64,000 nt of DNA from assembly GCA_964234715.1 (NCBI GenBank), contig OZ174286.1; one strand, written 5' to 3'. This document shows positions 36,922 through 50,696 of the stretch, one piece after another. How positions within the stretch are numbered: the stretch's first letter is position 1; each line of letters opens with the position of its first letter. This DNA comes from Podarcis melisellensis (lineage: Eukaryota). Made by a program: the position numbers and the translations under genes. The notes beneath the pieces were generated by a model that had not been told where the DNA came from, made no database searches, and saw only the letters and a program-made list of their open reading frames with translations.

Positions 36922-37303
36922 CTAGCTTAGAGAGAAAGTACAAAACTGAAAAGTTTTCAAAACTTTGTATCCAGCAATGGTGAACTATACACTAAGTAGT
37001 GAGCATGAATATATTAAAAGCATTTTATGAATGGCCAGCCACAAGAATCTCAGAGATTTACAAACATACCATAAAAACTAAAGTAGTTTTTTGTTTTTTT
37101 AACACAGCTAAAGAGATTTTTAAAACAATCCAATCAAACACTATGGATGAGACCTTTTCATCCAGCTGGAAAATTTATCTATCCTTACTGATTGTACAGT
37201 TTTATAATAGTCAGCAATATCAGTGGGGAAACTGAAAGAGACACACACTCTAACTTTTGTAACATATTAAACACAGTAATCACTGCTGTCACCTGCCACT
37301 TTA

Positions 37304-37545
37304 CAGTGGTACCTCGGGTTACATACGCTTCAGTTTACATATGCTTCAGGTTACAGACTCTGCTAACCCAGAAATAGTACCTCGGGTTAAGAACTTTGCT
37401 TCAGGATGAGAACAGAAATTGTGCTCCAGCGGTGCGGCAGCAGCAGGAGGCCCCATTAGCTAAAGTGGTACCTCAGGTTAAGAACAGTTTCAGGTTAAGA
37501 ACGGACCACCGGAAGGAATTAAGTACTTAACACGAAGTACCACAG
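37304..37545 (+). mobile_element. Tigger/pogo-like MITE family 1
   Basis: Same TIRs, TA TSD. Confidence 0.9.
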
Positions 37546-39380
37546 TATTTAATAATTAGGCTCAAGTATGGTTCAAGGGTTAAATGCAGGTTTTTTTGCT
37601 CTTCACTCACTCCTGCCACACTTCCAGGAGCTAAGCTATGGTCTTGCTCAGCAATGAATCCAAACTTGGGCTCGTGCTTTGTCTCTCTCAAACAAACCAC
37701 ATGTTGTGACTAATACCGGTAGTTGTTCTGGGCTTACCACTCATGGTAAAATAAACCCCAAGCCCAGGTTTGGATGCAACACTAAGTTGAATCAGGACTT
37801 TGTTCTGGCAGCAGAGGTGAAGCTGCATGTTTGCCTTTAAACCATAGTTAAGTTTAAGTTTAACTATGGTTTAAAAAGTGATGTACAAACACTGCCAATG
37901 TGTATCATTTCAATACCTAATGTTCCATTTTATCTGGCAGAGGTTATGTGCCAATATTTGTTGGCTCAAATGTATCAGCCAACACACAATGGCATTAGTG
38001 AAAAAGTGAAACATAGCATCATTCACAGTTGTTATACTACTGTGATGTTCCATTTGCAAAACACCATATTCAGTGTTAATGAAGTGACCGTGTATATGCT
38101 AGGGTTGGGTAAGGAGTGAGGAGAGAGCCCTGTCATGTACCTACCGCTACAAATTATCTCATCATATTTTTTAAACTCCTTTCAGCATTACAATGACAGA
38201 CTCCTTAGATTTTTATCCAGCAGGAGACAACAGTGGTGCAAGACCACAAATACAAAGGTACAGTTCAAAGGCAAATAATTCAGTACTGAGTTCTACAACA
38301 AAACTTCTTACCCACTCTGAGATTTGCATGATGATCCGCTTTTAGTCTACTGATGCAAAGCTTTTGTTTATGAACTATTCCTGTCTATTCTCTCATCAGG
38401 CATTTGCACTTTCAATACGAAGTTATTCGTACATGTGCTTCCCCCACTCCAACTCAGCAACCTCTTCCTTCCCCCCATGAGCAGCACTATATTTTATTAA
38501 GGTCATTTCAATGTAACTGTACTTTGGCTCTCTGTCATGCCATTCATTCTGTGGCATTTGGCTCTTGGGAGAATATTTATACAGGCCAATAGCAACACTC
38601 AGTCTGCAGTGTTGCTGTTCTGTTGCCGTTTTGACATTTCGCTTCAGTTCATTCCTCCCACCATAAAAAGAATCTAAACCTAAATCATCACAGTGTTGGC
38701 TTCCTCAAAACAAAGTCAACAGAAGAAAATTAGAACAGCTAATTGTGAAAGATGGGGCCAGAGAGGGCAGCTCTCATTTTACTCAAGACGCTAAATGGAG
38801 TACACATTAGAATTAACTGGAGGTTTGGGGTGTGTTTTTTTCAAATCAAAGATCAACACAGAATTATGGAAATGACACCAGAGCCAGAGAGAGGTAATTG
38901 ATCTTAATAAACAAGGCTTATTGGCAGAAAATCAACAAAATGTGTATTTAAACACAAAATTTGAATTTGCAATGATATAAATGTTTTAAGCACAATTTTA
39001 GTCCACATTTATCATGTGATCTCAAGGTGTATTACAGCATGTGTAAAACATTAAGAATTCTAGGCAATTTAAAGTAGATAAAAACAGTGTTGAAAAGTTC
39101 TATCACAAAACACCCAAAAAATGACGCAGCCGTTACCAGCCCATAAATGCATGGACAAACTGATAGTATTCACTTGGCACTGAAACAAAGTATCAATGCT
39201 GGTCAGATTTACAGCAGGAGGGCATTCCAGAGTCAGGATACCACCACAGAAAAGGACCCATGCTATGTCACCTGTGCTATGCCACAGGAGTGGTTATTCC
39301 TGTGGGATAACCAGCCACATATAACCAACATGCTCAAGTCTAACTAATGCATTTAATAATTAATAATAATAATAATAATA

Positions 39381-39620
39381 GAGTCATGGGCTTTGAAGAC
39401 ACTCGAACTCAGGACGCAAGGGAGAAACGCTCTAAGAGGAAGGCACGCTTGACAAATCCACAGCGTGATCAAATCCCACCCGGAAACCTATGTCCCCACT
39501 GTGGAAGGATGTGTGGATCCAGAAATGGCCTCCACAGTCACTTACGGATTCATTGTTAAAACTATGTTTATGGAAGACAATCTTACTCGGCTACTACGAG
39601 TGATTGCCAAAGAAGAAGAA
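39381..39620 (+). mobile_element. RTE-clade LINE 3' fragment (non-BovB)
   Basis: Terminal C2H2 finger CPHCGRMCGSRNGLHSHLRIHC*, (GAA)n tail, inserted in an (AAT)n tract. Confidence 0.75.
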
Positions 39621-40700
39621 ATAATAATAATAACAATAATAAATTTTTATTTATACCCCGCCCTTCCCAGTTTAAAAACCGGGCTCAGGGCAGCTAACAG
39701 CAAATATAAAACATTGATTAAAATGCAACTTAAAAACAGCATAAAACAGCATAAAATACAACATAAAATGCAGCATCAATATCAATAAAATTCAAAAATT
39801 CAGGGGTCATGGGGGGGGGAACCCAGTCAGTAGACATCAAATGATCACCAGGGCTAACTGGCCAAGTTGGTCCAATAGGGCTAGCAAGGAGACCAGGGAA
39901 GAATTTAAATGTGGGGTCCCAAAAAGGGTTTCTTCATTTTCCTGCTTGGCAGGGGGTTGGACTCGATGGCCCTTGTGGTCTCTTCCAACTCTATGATTCT
40001 ATGATTCTAGAAGAGGAAAGGGAAAAGGGGAATACAGTGGGACCTCAGGTTAAGTACTTAATTCATTTTGGAGGTCCATTCTTAACCTGAAACTGTTCTT
40101 AACCTGAAGCACCACTTTAGCTAACGGGGCCTCCTTCTGCCGTGGTGCCGCTGGAACACGATTTCTGTTCTCATCCTGAAGCAAAGTTCTTAACCTGAAG
40201 CACTATTTCTGGGTTAGCGGAGTCTGAAGCATATGTAACCTGAGGTACCACTGTAGAGGATCAGGCTCATTCAAATTGAAGGCCAGGTGGAATAGCTCTG
40301 AAGGAGTTCAAACCATCCAGTATGATGTTCTACCAGGTTTAGCTATGTCACTTCCCTTCCCTGGGACGAAATAGGTAATCAAGCCTTTGTTCCCTTCCCC
40401 AGTCTACCTGGGAAACTTGGCATGTGAAGAGGTTTGAGATGGTTGCTCCACCTCAGCCGCATGGCTCTCACCAGCCACTCTTGAGTTACCTAGGAACTTC
40501 TTAACTAAGCTAAGTTTTACTGTCCATGCAACTTTTCTGACTGATGTACAGAAAAGCCAGGGTAGCCCCATGTAAAGTGCATTAAAGGAATCCAAATGGG
40601 AAGTTAACAGATTATGGGTCGCTGGGATTGGTCAACTTTGTCCAGGAACAGCCATGGTAGGCAAACCAGGCAGAGCTTGGCGAAGGCATTTCATGCCTCT
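39621..40700 (-). mobile_element. Fragmented L2-like element with nested inserts
   Basis: (AAT)n tail and TTTATACCCCGCCC 3' end; antisense DSFNALYMGLP motif at ~40404-40595; CR1 tail (~39930-40009) and a MITE nested inside. Confidence 0.5.
40035..40253 (-). mobile_element. Tigger/pogo-like MITE family 1
   Basis: Same TIRs, TA TSD. Confidence 0.9.
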
Positions 40701-43018
40701 GAAACAATATAGGCTTGGGTAATGTTTAGGAGGGTTTGCTGGTGGTGTGGTTGTTGCTGTTAATTTTTGTATCTTTTGTATCCTATGATTCATGTGGAAG
40801 CTGCTTGATTTGGTTGTGTACTTTTTGAAGTTTTATTTATTGTTTATGGCTACTTATGTATTTTTTTAATATGTTGTAAAATGGCTTGAGCATGGTTTTA
40901 ACCATACAAATAAAATGATTGCTTGGGCTTCTTGTGACAAAGCTGGATCAAGGAATACCTGAGACTATGCACCTGAACTTTAAGGGAGAGTGTCATTCAC
41001 TGACCCTAGAACTAGTCACTCAGAAGTGCTTTGCCCAGTTAGGATTCAGTCTTAGTTTATGAACACCCAGTTGACCAATTCCTAACACAGGGAGTTCTCT
41101 CATAACTAATCTGTCTTTCAGCCAAATCCTATGCATGTTTCCTCAGAAACAAGTACCACTGAGCTCAAATGCAACATACCTAAATATGTGTTAAGACTAC
41201 AACCACGCTTTCCTTTATGTTTTTTCCTATAGGTTTTACCAAATTATCTCAGTCATGAATTACTTAAGTTTGACCTACATTCCGTAAGAAGAGATTGCTC
41301 AAATGCAATCCTCTCAAGTTCATGCAGCAAATATCCTCCCAATTTGAAGAACCACCAAGTCTAACTGGACACCAGCCTAAAGAAAAATAGCTGAAGCAAT
41401 ATTACTTAGGGAAGTAAGATGGCTGCCAAATCAAATTCCAATTACCCTTTTGTGTAACAGGAAGTTACTAGAGCATTGAAGATGAGCCTCAACAAAATCA
41501 ACAGGATCCTGAAATAAAATTATTTACTCTGAGAAAGATTACCTGCTTTAATGCTGGCTAAACCACTCCATACTTATATAATATTCTCCAATTCATAACA
41601 TAAAAAGACCACTTGTAAATCAATAGCAAATACCATACCATGGGAAGAACACAGTATTGGATTGATGTTATGTTGTGATCCGCTCTGAGATCTATGAGTG
41701 TAGGGCGGCATACAATTTTAAGAGTACCAACCAAGACCACATTTGTCACTTAATCAATTGAGATAAAATCCCTGCAAAAAAAGTTCATATGGAAATTCCA
41801 TTTTCAATGTCAGAATCTTTTTTTAAAAAAGTATCCCAAGCAAACTATTCAGAGTGAAAATGGAGCTTTGTCAATGCTTAATGCCTGCTAATGTGTTGCT
41901 AATGAATAAACTAATGAATTCCAGCAATAGTGACAAGGACAGGTGATTTATAACACTTTAAGAAGCAGCAGGTCAACTCTACATCTTATTTAAGCTCTCT
42001 CTGGATTAAAATGTAGAGAACTGAATGCATTAAAACAGACCATGCCTCAAACTGCAAAACCACTAAGCATTTTAAGAATAATTGCAATACATGAGTGTAT
42101 ATCTAGATTGAGAAGTGTACCATATACATTTACAATTAGGGTTTACTTCTTGATTACTTCTTGATTGTACAACTTCTTGATTCTAAAACAATTTTCCTAT
42201 TTTTGGTAAATTAAATTATAACTGTATGCAACAAAAAGGCGCCAGAATGACATGCATGAAACCCTAAATTTTCTAAACTGTAGAATGCTTTTTCAGAACT
42301 AACTTATTTCCATCTTCATAATCTAATTTTTAAAGTTACATATTCGGGTGCACCATTACTAAGCAAAAGCTTCTTTAAAAAGAAAAGGCGTTGGGACACA
42401 GCAAAGTATCTTTGAAATAAGAAATAGGACATAGGGTGGCCAGGCTGGCTGGCTGTGTTCAATTATGCAGGTTTCTTACAGAATTGAACATGTATTTAGT
42501 GGATAATAAGGTCCACTACTTGAGCCTGCAGTGACTCCCTAGCCTCTAATAGCAACAGCTGTGGAAGGTAAAATTTTAGGCCTTCAGCCTAGATAGAATC
42601 TGGCAGCTACAGATGGCATTCGGCTGCTAGAGCAGTCTCGGGACAGCTTTGTGGGTCAAACTAAACAAAGTACTAATCTTCGCCAAAATGTAAACTGAGT
42701 ATAAGCCAACAACCTTAAGAAACATTACAATGGCTTTCATTGTTAGCGTCATCTGAAATAATCTCCAAATGACAAGGAAATCGAAGGAGAATGACGTAGA
42801 TGGATCCATTAGTTTATGTTCATCATATCTTGCCGTCAAGAAAGTTTGTTGTATCTATAACTGCACAAGCTCCAAGGCATTCTATATAAATACTGTAGGA
42901 TCTTCACCTATTCTTCCCATTCAGGAGGCGCAAAGTATAGCCTGATTATTTAACCTCTTTCAACAATTAATTGATCTAGGTGATGTGAACTTTCTGAGTA
43001 CAGGAATCCCACACTTAC

Positions 43019-43250
43019 ACTCTGTGCATACACATGAAATTGCATAAAGTGGGGAGGGTGCTGTTGAGAGAGGCTGTTGAAGCGGCCACCCTGCCCAACT
43101 TCCTCATTGACCTGGGGGTCAGTGGGTGGGTGGGTGCCCAGCGCCACTGTGGGACCTCTTGACACTCTCCATTTTAGTCTTGGAAGTTGATGGAGACTGT
43201 TTCTTTTTATCTAGTTTCTGTTCCACCTCCAAGAAATAATGTTGCTGCCT
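43019..43250 (-). other. Candidate 5'UTR cassette or alternative exon
   Basis: Pyrimidine-rich acceptor ...ctctcccccacaagcag near 43250 and donor AGT|GTAAGT after 43019; contains only short ORFs. Confidence 0.25.
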
Positions 43251-44554
43251 GCTTGTGGGGGAGAGCGATGGTGATTGGAGGGCAGAGGGATCCTTGGATT
43301 CTGCCCAAGGAACAAAACTGACATGAGTAAGCAAGCGAGGGAGGAAGGCAGGCAGGCAGGGGTAGGCATGGAGCACCCCCCAAACAACAACAACAATTAG
43401 AATTAGAATTTATATGACTGCTGGCTAGGAAGCAAGTGAAGGAGAGTGAAGAGGGCCGAGATACTTAGAGAGGCTGTGCAAGCTGTTTACTCCTGCTCTC
43501 CCCCACTTTGGTGCCATTTCCTGGTTCAAATCATATTTTTTTTAATTTCACAGTGACACACACAAATATGGCTGTGCCCAAGTGGAATGCACATAAGTGG
43601 AAGGGGGTCTGTCTGTCTGCTGGCAGCCTAAGTTTTCTTTCAACTCTGAAAGAAAGTAGAATTTTATCACACATGATTTTAATATACTACTGCCAGGACA
43701 TCAGTAAAGGATTTGGGTAGAGAGCAATTGTGGCCAAGGGATGCTGGGAGTGATTAAATAATTAAACTGAGCCAAAGCGGGTGGGTGGTCTCAGATAAAA
43801 TTTGGTTTAGAGACACTTTAAAAAATATTGCTGCTTTAAAATTCTCATTAAGACAAGGATTTTTGTCCTTTTCAATATTTTATAATTCAAAAGTCGTCGT
43901 GAGCTTTTCCGATGCCTTCTTTGGCAAGCTTGGCACAAACCTGAATTCTAACAGCTAACCATAATAATGTGGCAGGCTGAGTGATATTATGCCAACTCTG
44001 ACCATCCGCTCTCCACGAATATTATCTCGCCAATCAAAACACAGTGTTTAATTTCTGTCACAAAAACATTCTAATTATTAATCAGATCATCACTGGGGAA
44101 GAATGGAACAGTTAACGGCCCATTGCTCAGGAATGAACACAGTCTTGTTAGGCTTGAATACATTTACTGTACTGAGTAAGTCAGGAAGCAACAATTACCA
44201 GCGAATTATTAAAGAGAGCCTGGAATGCAGTAACTGCCTATGCAGGCCCTGAGGGGTAGCTTCTTCTGAAGACTGAGCAACACATGCACCTTGCCAGACA
44301 GTAAAGGTTCTGCAAAAATACACTAATCGCTCTGACAACTGTGTAACAAGGAGGGGGGGGGATATTTGCAATGCACACATTACAAACACAGGAAGCTGAC
44401 TTTTACTAATTCAAACCAATTGATTCACATTGTTGGGTGTTGTCTAGGCTGAACGGCAGAAACTCTCCCAAGAAGAGCAGATTAGCATAAAAATACCTGT
44501 CATGCCCTATCAAACTTGTGCTGGTCACAACAGTAACTAAATGCATGTGGGTGG

Positions 44555-45097
44555 TAGGGCTTGGCGATATGATGTATCACCAGCTAAACATCACAATACA
44601 GTGGTACCTCGGGTTACATATGCTTCAGGCTACATACGCTTCAGGCTACAGACTCCGCTAACCCAGAAATAATACCTCAGGTGAAGAACTTTGCTTCAGG
44701 ATGAGAACAGAAATCGTGCTCCAGCGGCGTGGCAGCAGCGGGAGGCCCCATTAGTTAAAGTGGTGCTTCAGGTTAAGAACAGTTTCAGGTTAAGAACGGA
44801 CCTTCGGAACGAATTAAGTACTTAACCCGAGGTACCACTGTATCACAATGTTGAAAAGGAAGGAGCACTGGCCCAGGCCCCACGAGGTACCGGGGTGAAG
44901 CTGCCAGTGCCTGGCACAGGGAGGAAGGAGGCAGCCCACCTGCTCAGCCGGAGAAGGAAGTCAAGGTGCCAGCTGGCAGACAATATACCACTGGGTCAAA
45001 ACACCATATACCACAATATACCACTGGGTCAATATACCAATGTGGTCTGGCCCTCAATACAGTCCTGGACAATGTATTGATACATCACCCAGGCCTA
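44555..45097. mobile_element. Old hAT-like TIR element hosting a Tigger MITE
   Basis: Ends TAGGGCTTGGCGAT / ATCACCCAGGCCTA; TSD degenerate. Confidence 0.5.
44599..44840 (+). mobile_element. Tigger/pogo-like MITE family 1 (nested in an older TIR element)
   Basis: Same TIRs, TA TSD. Confidence 0.9.
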
Positions 45098-45163
45098 CTG
45101 GGGGCCTCTTTTCTTGTTGTGGGTATCTATTATTATTTAATTGTCTTCCCATTCATTCCAATA

Positions 45164-45398
45164 CAGTGGTACCTCAGGTTACATACACTTCACGTTACAT
45201 ACGCTTCAGGTTACAGACTCCGCTAACCCAGAAATAGTTTGAAGAACTTTGCTTCAGGATGAGAACAGAAATCGTGCTCTGGCGGCGCAGCGGCAGCAGG
45301 AGGCCCCATTAGCTAAAGTGGTGCTTCAGGTTAAGAACAGTTTCAGGTTAAGAACAGACCTCCAGAACAAATTAAGTACTTAACCTGAGGTACCACTG
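45164..45398 (+). mobile_element. Tigger/pogo-like MITE family 1
   Basis: Same TIRs; right TA mutated to TG. Confidence 0.9.
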
Positions 45399-45967
45399 TG
45401 CAGTGAGATTAGTTACTCCAATCTCCAATATTTGGTCCTCTCTGAACAGAGCAGCGCTTGATTCAAGGCCATCTCTTAACCACCCGATAGCGCTGATTTG
45501 GAGCCTACTGTCAACCCTACACTTGTGGAGCTATCTGAGGGGACTGCAGGGGCTTTTGCACAAGATACGTTCCTACACTCCTTCCTAATCTCCTCCAACC
45601 AGCGGATCTAGGAGTTCGAATTGCAATTCCCATATGTAAAAAGAATGCTAGTTTCATGACATGTTCCGAAGTCCCCTTGAATATTAACAATGGAATAAAG
45701 GCAGCATACATTAAAAAAAATAAAATCAAATGGCTCTGAAGTCAGATCACTCTTCCCCAGGGGAAACTAAACTAGCTGAAAAAGAGAATGTGAAACATGT
45801 TGGAGCTTAATAAACTATTCTAAGGAACACCTTTTGAAGCTTCGGCTTGACTTCACTTCCTTGCCCCTGGGCAACCTGTCTCAACTAACTGTGTAAATGG
45901 GCTCAACGAGCTTTTCTGCAAACAAAGGCATTGTTTCACGCCAGAGGTCTCAGCAGACCTTCTACAC

Positions 45968-46125
45968 CATGGGTAGGCAAACAAAGGCCCGGAGGCTGGA
46001 TCCAGCCCAATCGCCTTCTAAATCCGGCCTGCGGACGGTCCGGGAATCAGCATGTTTTTACATGAGTAGAATGTGTGCTTTTATTTAAAATGCATCTCTG
46101 GGTTATTTGTGGGGCATAGGAATTC
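45968..46125 (-). mobile_element. Partial copy of the 24688-24939 hAT MITE
   Basis: Reverse-complement match to its right half. Confidence 0.75.
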
Positions 46126-46227
46126 ACTGTGGAGCATAGGAATACACTGTAATGGTATTTTCTTCTCCTTTCCATCTTGGTCCACTGCCCGCCCCTCAGC
46201 AGATAGCTGGGGACTAAGAGAAGATTA

Positions 46228-46421
46228 CAGTGGTACCTCGGGTTAAGTACTTAATTCGTTCCAGAGGTCAGTTCTTAACCTGAAACTGTTCTTAACCTGA
46301 AGCTCCACTTTAGCTAATGGGGCCTCTTTTCTTATCCTGAAGCAAAGTTCTTAACCTGAGGTACTATTTCTGGGTTAGCGGAGTCTGTAACCTGAAGTGT
46401 ATGTAACGCGAGGTACAACTG
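46228..46421 (-). mobile_element. Tigger/pogo-like MITE family 1, internally deleted
   Basis: Same TIRs, TA TSD, GC-rich centre missing. Confidence 0.85.
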
Positions 46422-49400
46422 TACCTAACTTTTACATTCAGGATTCAAAAGAACAGCTATATTCCTAGCTGCTCCAAATGTTCTTCTGACGGCTGCAAAC
46501 ATTTTCATTCTAAACCATTTTATGCATAAATTGTTATTGTACTCAGTATTACAGAAGGCTCATTTTCCCTAGTTCAGCTGTTCCCAAGTGAAAAACAAGG
46601 AATTCCCACTTGCTCAAAACTTCACCAACTTCAGGGAGAAAGAGTAGCAGAGGCTTATAGAAAATACAACATTTTTCACAGTTTTCCAGGAGAATATTAT
46701 TCAGAAAGACTTTCCAGTTATGCAGGCAAGCTTAAGCCAGTGCTCAGTGACTAATTCTTTTAAAACTTCCCTGGCTCCTGCATTTTAATAGCAATGGTGT
46801 GGCAAGAGGAGACATTGTTATTTTCAGAGGGACTCTAAAACAGCAAATGGCGCACATTCTAATTCATAAACAGAAATTCTATGGATCACCCCTGTAAGAG
46901 TACCATTCAGCAAAGTTATTTCCAACAGAATCGATAAGAGACCCCAAACGTTCATTGTTTAATAATCTTGTTTATACACCATTACCTATGCTAGAGCATG
47001 CTACATGTATTTTAATAGCACCACAAACTAGATCAATCACCAAAAGGTTTGGTTTATTAGCCAATGGGGACAAATATTAAAAGAGGAGCTGGTATTGATT
47101 AAAGGACAGAGCTGTTTATTTGAGGCCATTCTGTTGCTGGGAAGATAGAATAAAAGAGCTCTTTTTCCTCCTAAAAATGCATGGTAAATTTATTTTACAC
47201 TTCCTTGATTAACTTCAGAAGTACAAATAATATATCACCTGGACTAAACAACTTGCAATCACTGGAGCAAAAATAACTGCATCCAAATTTTCTCCGGCTA
47301 TAGCTGTGGCACAGGTCTACACAGTTGCACTATTGGACTCATCAAACCACTTGAGGCATGGCAAGTAAGGCCACACAAAGCCACAACAGTTGTATTCTAT
47401 GGAGGGGGAAAGAATCATGGAGCAAACTGGTTACTGGTGGCTACTAATCAGCTGTTCTCAGTGACCATGTCTGAACTATAGATCCTCACCAGCAACAGGA
47501 AATTGCAGACAATGATAGCTATAGGGAGATGAGTACATCACTTAGTTCCATTCATTTCTCTGTCTTATATCTAGGTTACAGACCAGCTTTGAAGCTTTGG
47601 GGCTATACAATAGACTTGCCTTGAACTGCTCTTTTTTCCTTGTTTTTGTCACTCCCAGGATTTTCTCATTTAACACGGAAGGGGTTGAATTCTAACAAAT
47701 AAAGAATACTCCCCTCCTCAAATGAGCGCAAGAGGAAAGGGAAGACAAGGGAAATCTGTTCCATGGAAAAGCCATTTGGCAGACATCGCTCATTTTCCAC
47801 AGACTCCATTACACAATATGCAAGGAGTCTGGAAAAGAGCCCAAAAACATCCAAGACAGACATTTAAACTCCCTAGTAATAGGCCAGCTGGTGTTCCCTG
47901 CAGAGTGATCTCATCACCACATCATGCGAATATTCCTCCTTCAAAAATTCACCATGAGAAGGAAAAGGGACTGAAGAATCACCCATTCATTCTCATGCAA
48001 CTTTATTTTAAGTGCAAAAGAAGTTTTGTGCTGAGAGAAAATAAGTGCATATATATATATGGGCATGGTGGGAAATCTTTCTACCCTTTCTATCTTCAAA
48101 AAGGTGAGTTGTAACTAAGAGCTTATAATCACGTCGATCTCTACAGGTCTTGGTGTATCAGGCTGTAAGCAAAGAGGCAAGATTGTGTTACTTTCCAGTC
48201 TGTCACCCTGAACTCCAACCTCCAGGCAAAACTTTCCCAGAGTAACTGTTAAAATGACCTTCTCTGTTAGGAAAGGCAACTAATGCAGGAATTAGTACAA
48301 TTTTCTTCATCCCAGAATGAATTATTGTCTGAAATTAGGAAGAGATAGCAGGAAAACTGCACAGAACACCCCACTCTTCTAAATGCAACTATGTTGCTAA
48401 CAGCTTAATGAAGGAGGGAATAAGTACTGGAGACTGGTTGGCAGGAAAAGTGTGGGAATTTCTTTCTTTTTTTAAAAGTTAGCTTTGAGTTTAATCTCTT
48501 TTTCAGCTGGACATCAACCGTGACCCTTCAAGGGGAGTTTTCAGAATTTGAGGACTGAGGAGTCCCAATTAATAAAATAACTTATAGAAAAGAGGAGACA
48601 GCTTTTCTTTGGGGTTATAGTCCATGAGTAAAGCACAAAGAAGTTAGTGTTTGGCAGCCATGGTTTCCACAGTAACTTAGACGTACAGATCGTCTCCACT
48701 GGAACCCTCGGCACAAAGGAACATCGTACTTCTGATTCACTTAAATAGCTTGTTTTCATTTCCCAAAGGTAAAAGAAGTAGCAGCTATGAACATGGAAAA
48801 CAGAGGGAAATAAATAAAAAGATTAATCTGCAGAAATTATATTCAACCATTTTCCTATTGTGGAAAATGCATTTCTTTGCATACATGTTACTGTGGTTTC
48901 CTCTTAAAACCTTGTCATACAATTTAAAAACATGTGCACCCTGAGTTAACGTAATTGTGCTGAAGAGAGAAGACAAACCACAGGATTTTTTGCAACTGCC
49001 AATTTAGCCATTACATAAAATACAGTTTGTTGTGTAATGTGTATCAGGTTGCATGTACTTGTGTTATTGCACAAGTTTAGCTGAACTGACCACTAACCTC
49101 CAATTCTGGAGGTGAGCTGTAAAGCAGTTTTATTTCCTTATATGATACCTTTTATTTTTTAACCTCTAACAAACAATTCCACAATACATTTGTTTCCTGT
49201 CTACAAGTCATTTAAATTGGGCATTTCAGAGGGGAAGTAATGTTGATTTATTGTAGTAAAAGCAATACAGAGTCTTGTAGTGCCCCAAAACCAACAAATC
49301 CATTGTATAAATTTCCATGGACTAGAAACCACTTCCTCAGATGTACTATGTATCTTCAGGTGGCAGATTACCGACATAGAGTCCCTAAATAGTGGGGATA

Positions 49401-50411
49401 AACGGCCATACAATGCCCCCCCAAAAAACAGTCATTCTGCCACACTTTTACACAGAGCTAAAATTTATAGAAGATGGAAACAGTGACCCAGTCGCTGGAG
49501 TTAATAATCCTGTGTATAAGCATTTAAATAAGCTCCCTCCAAAGTGAAATTCATTAGCAGCTAGCAAACTAATGTATGCTTGCTCCAAAGTGGGTCTGAA
49601 AAGTACAGTACAGTAAATCTGAGACCTGTGTTTTAAATTGTTTGTGGCTCAGAGCCATAGCTGTCCAACAAAGATTCCAATCCCTGAATCACCTACAAGT
49701 GTTGATATTAGATCAAGACTGTTCACCTTTTGGAAACAGCTCTTCAATGCTAGAAATTCAACAATCATGCCAGTAGATAAAAACTATCAACATGCTATTG
49801 GCAAGCTTTATGTCATGCCCGTGACTGATAAGCAAGTGGTTTCGTCTGCCAAAATGGTTGTGGACTGCGGCAATTTCACATGCACCTCATGTTGGTTGGT
49901 CATGTCGGGACACTAATCAGCTGCTCCATTTCCTCTTTTCTTCTACTTTAAGCCCACATGCCTCTCTACAAACCCTCCACAAATCAAATGCCACCCATAT
50001 ATTGATCACTTTCTTGATTGAAAGAGGATTTCTTATGAATTCAGGAAATCCTATTTCAATAAATAAAGCGATCAAGTTATGGGTGGCATAAATGTTTTGG
50101 TGAAATTATTATTGCTGCAAGTTTCCTTCTGAGACAAATAGCAACGAATCTCTCTCTCCACATTACTTATGCCCTTCTACTTCAGTCCCGATGATTCAAC
50201 CACTAGCTTCCTCTCTGGCACACTTAAGTTTGCCTGGTCTAATGTGCGGTAAGTTGTAAAGAGAAGACTTTTTTTAAAGGAAACCAAGTCCATGGTTTTA
50301 GTCTCAAAACCAGTTTTTGAAAACAACTGCTAACTTTATATCACAAAGGTTCTTTGATTAGTCTCAACTCCAAGGTATTTTAGAGACTTGATGCTAAATT
50401 TTAGAATGCTA

Positions 50412-50446
<35 letters not shown>

Positions 50447-50532
50447 CAACTAACTTACATCCCATTTTACTCACAGAGTTCAAATCACCTTATAATAATG
50501 CAGATGTTGCTGAACTCCCATCAGCACCAGTC

Positions 50533-50696
50533 ACCTATTTATCTCCTTGCACTTTGACGTGCTTTCGAACTGCTAGGTGGGCAGGAGCTGGGACCGAACA
50601 ACGGGTGCTCACCCTGTAGTGGGGATTCAAACCGCCGACCTTCTGATCAGCAAGCCCTAGGCTCAGTGGTTTAGACCACAGCACTACCCGCGTCCC
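50533..50696 (-). mobile_element. Sauria SINE, 5' half only
   Basis: Matches the head half of the other copies. Confidence 0.85.
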
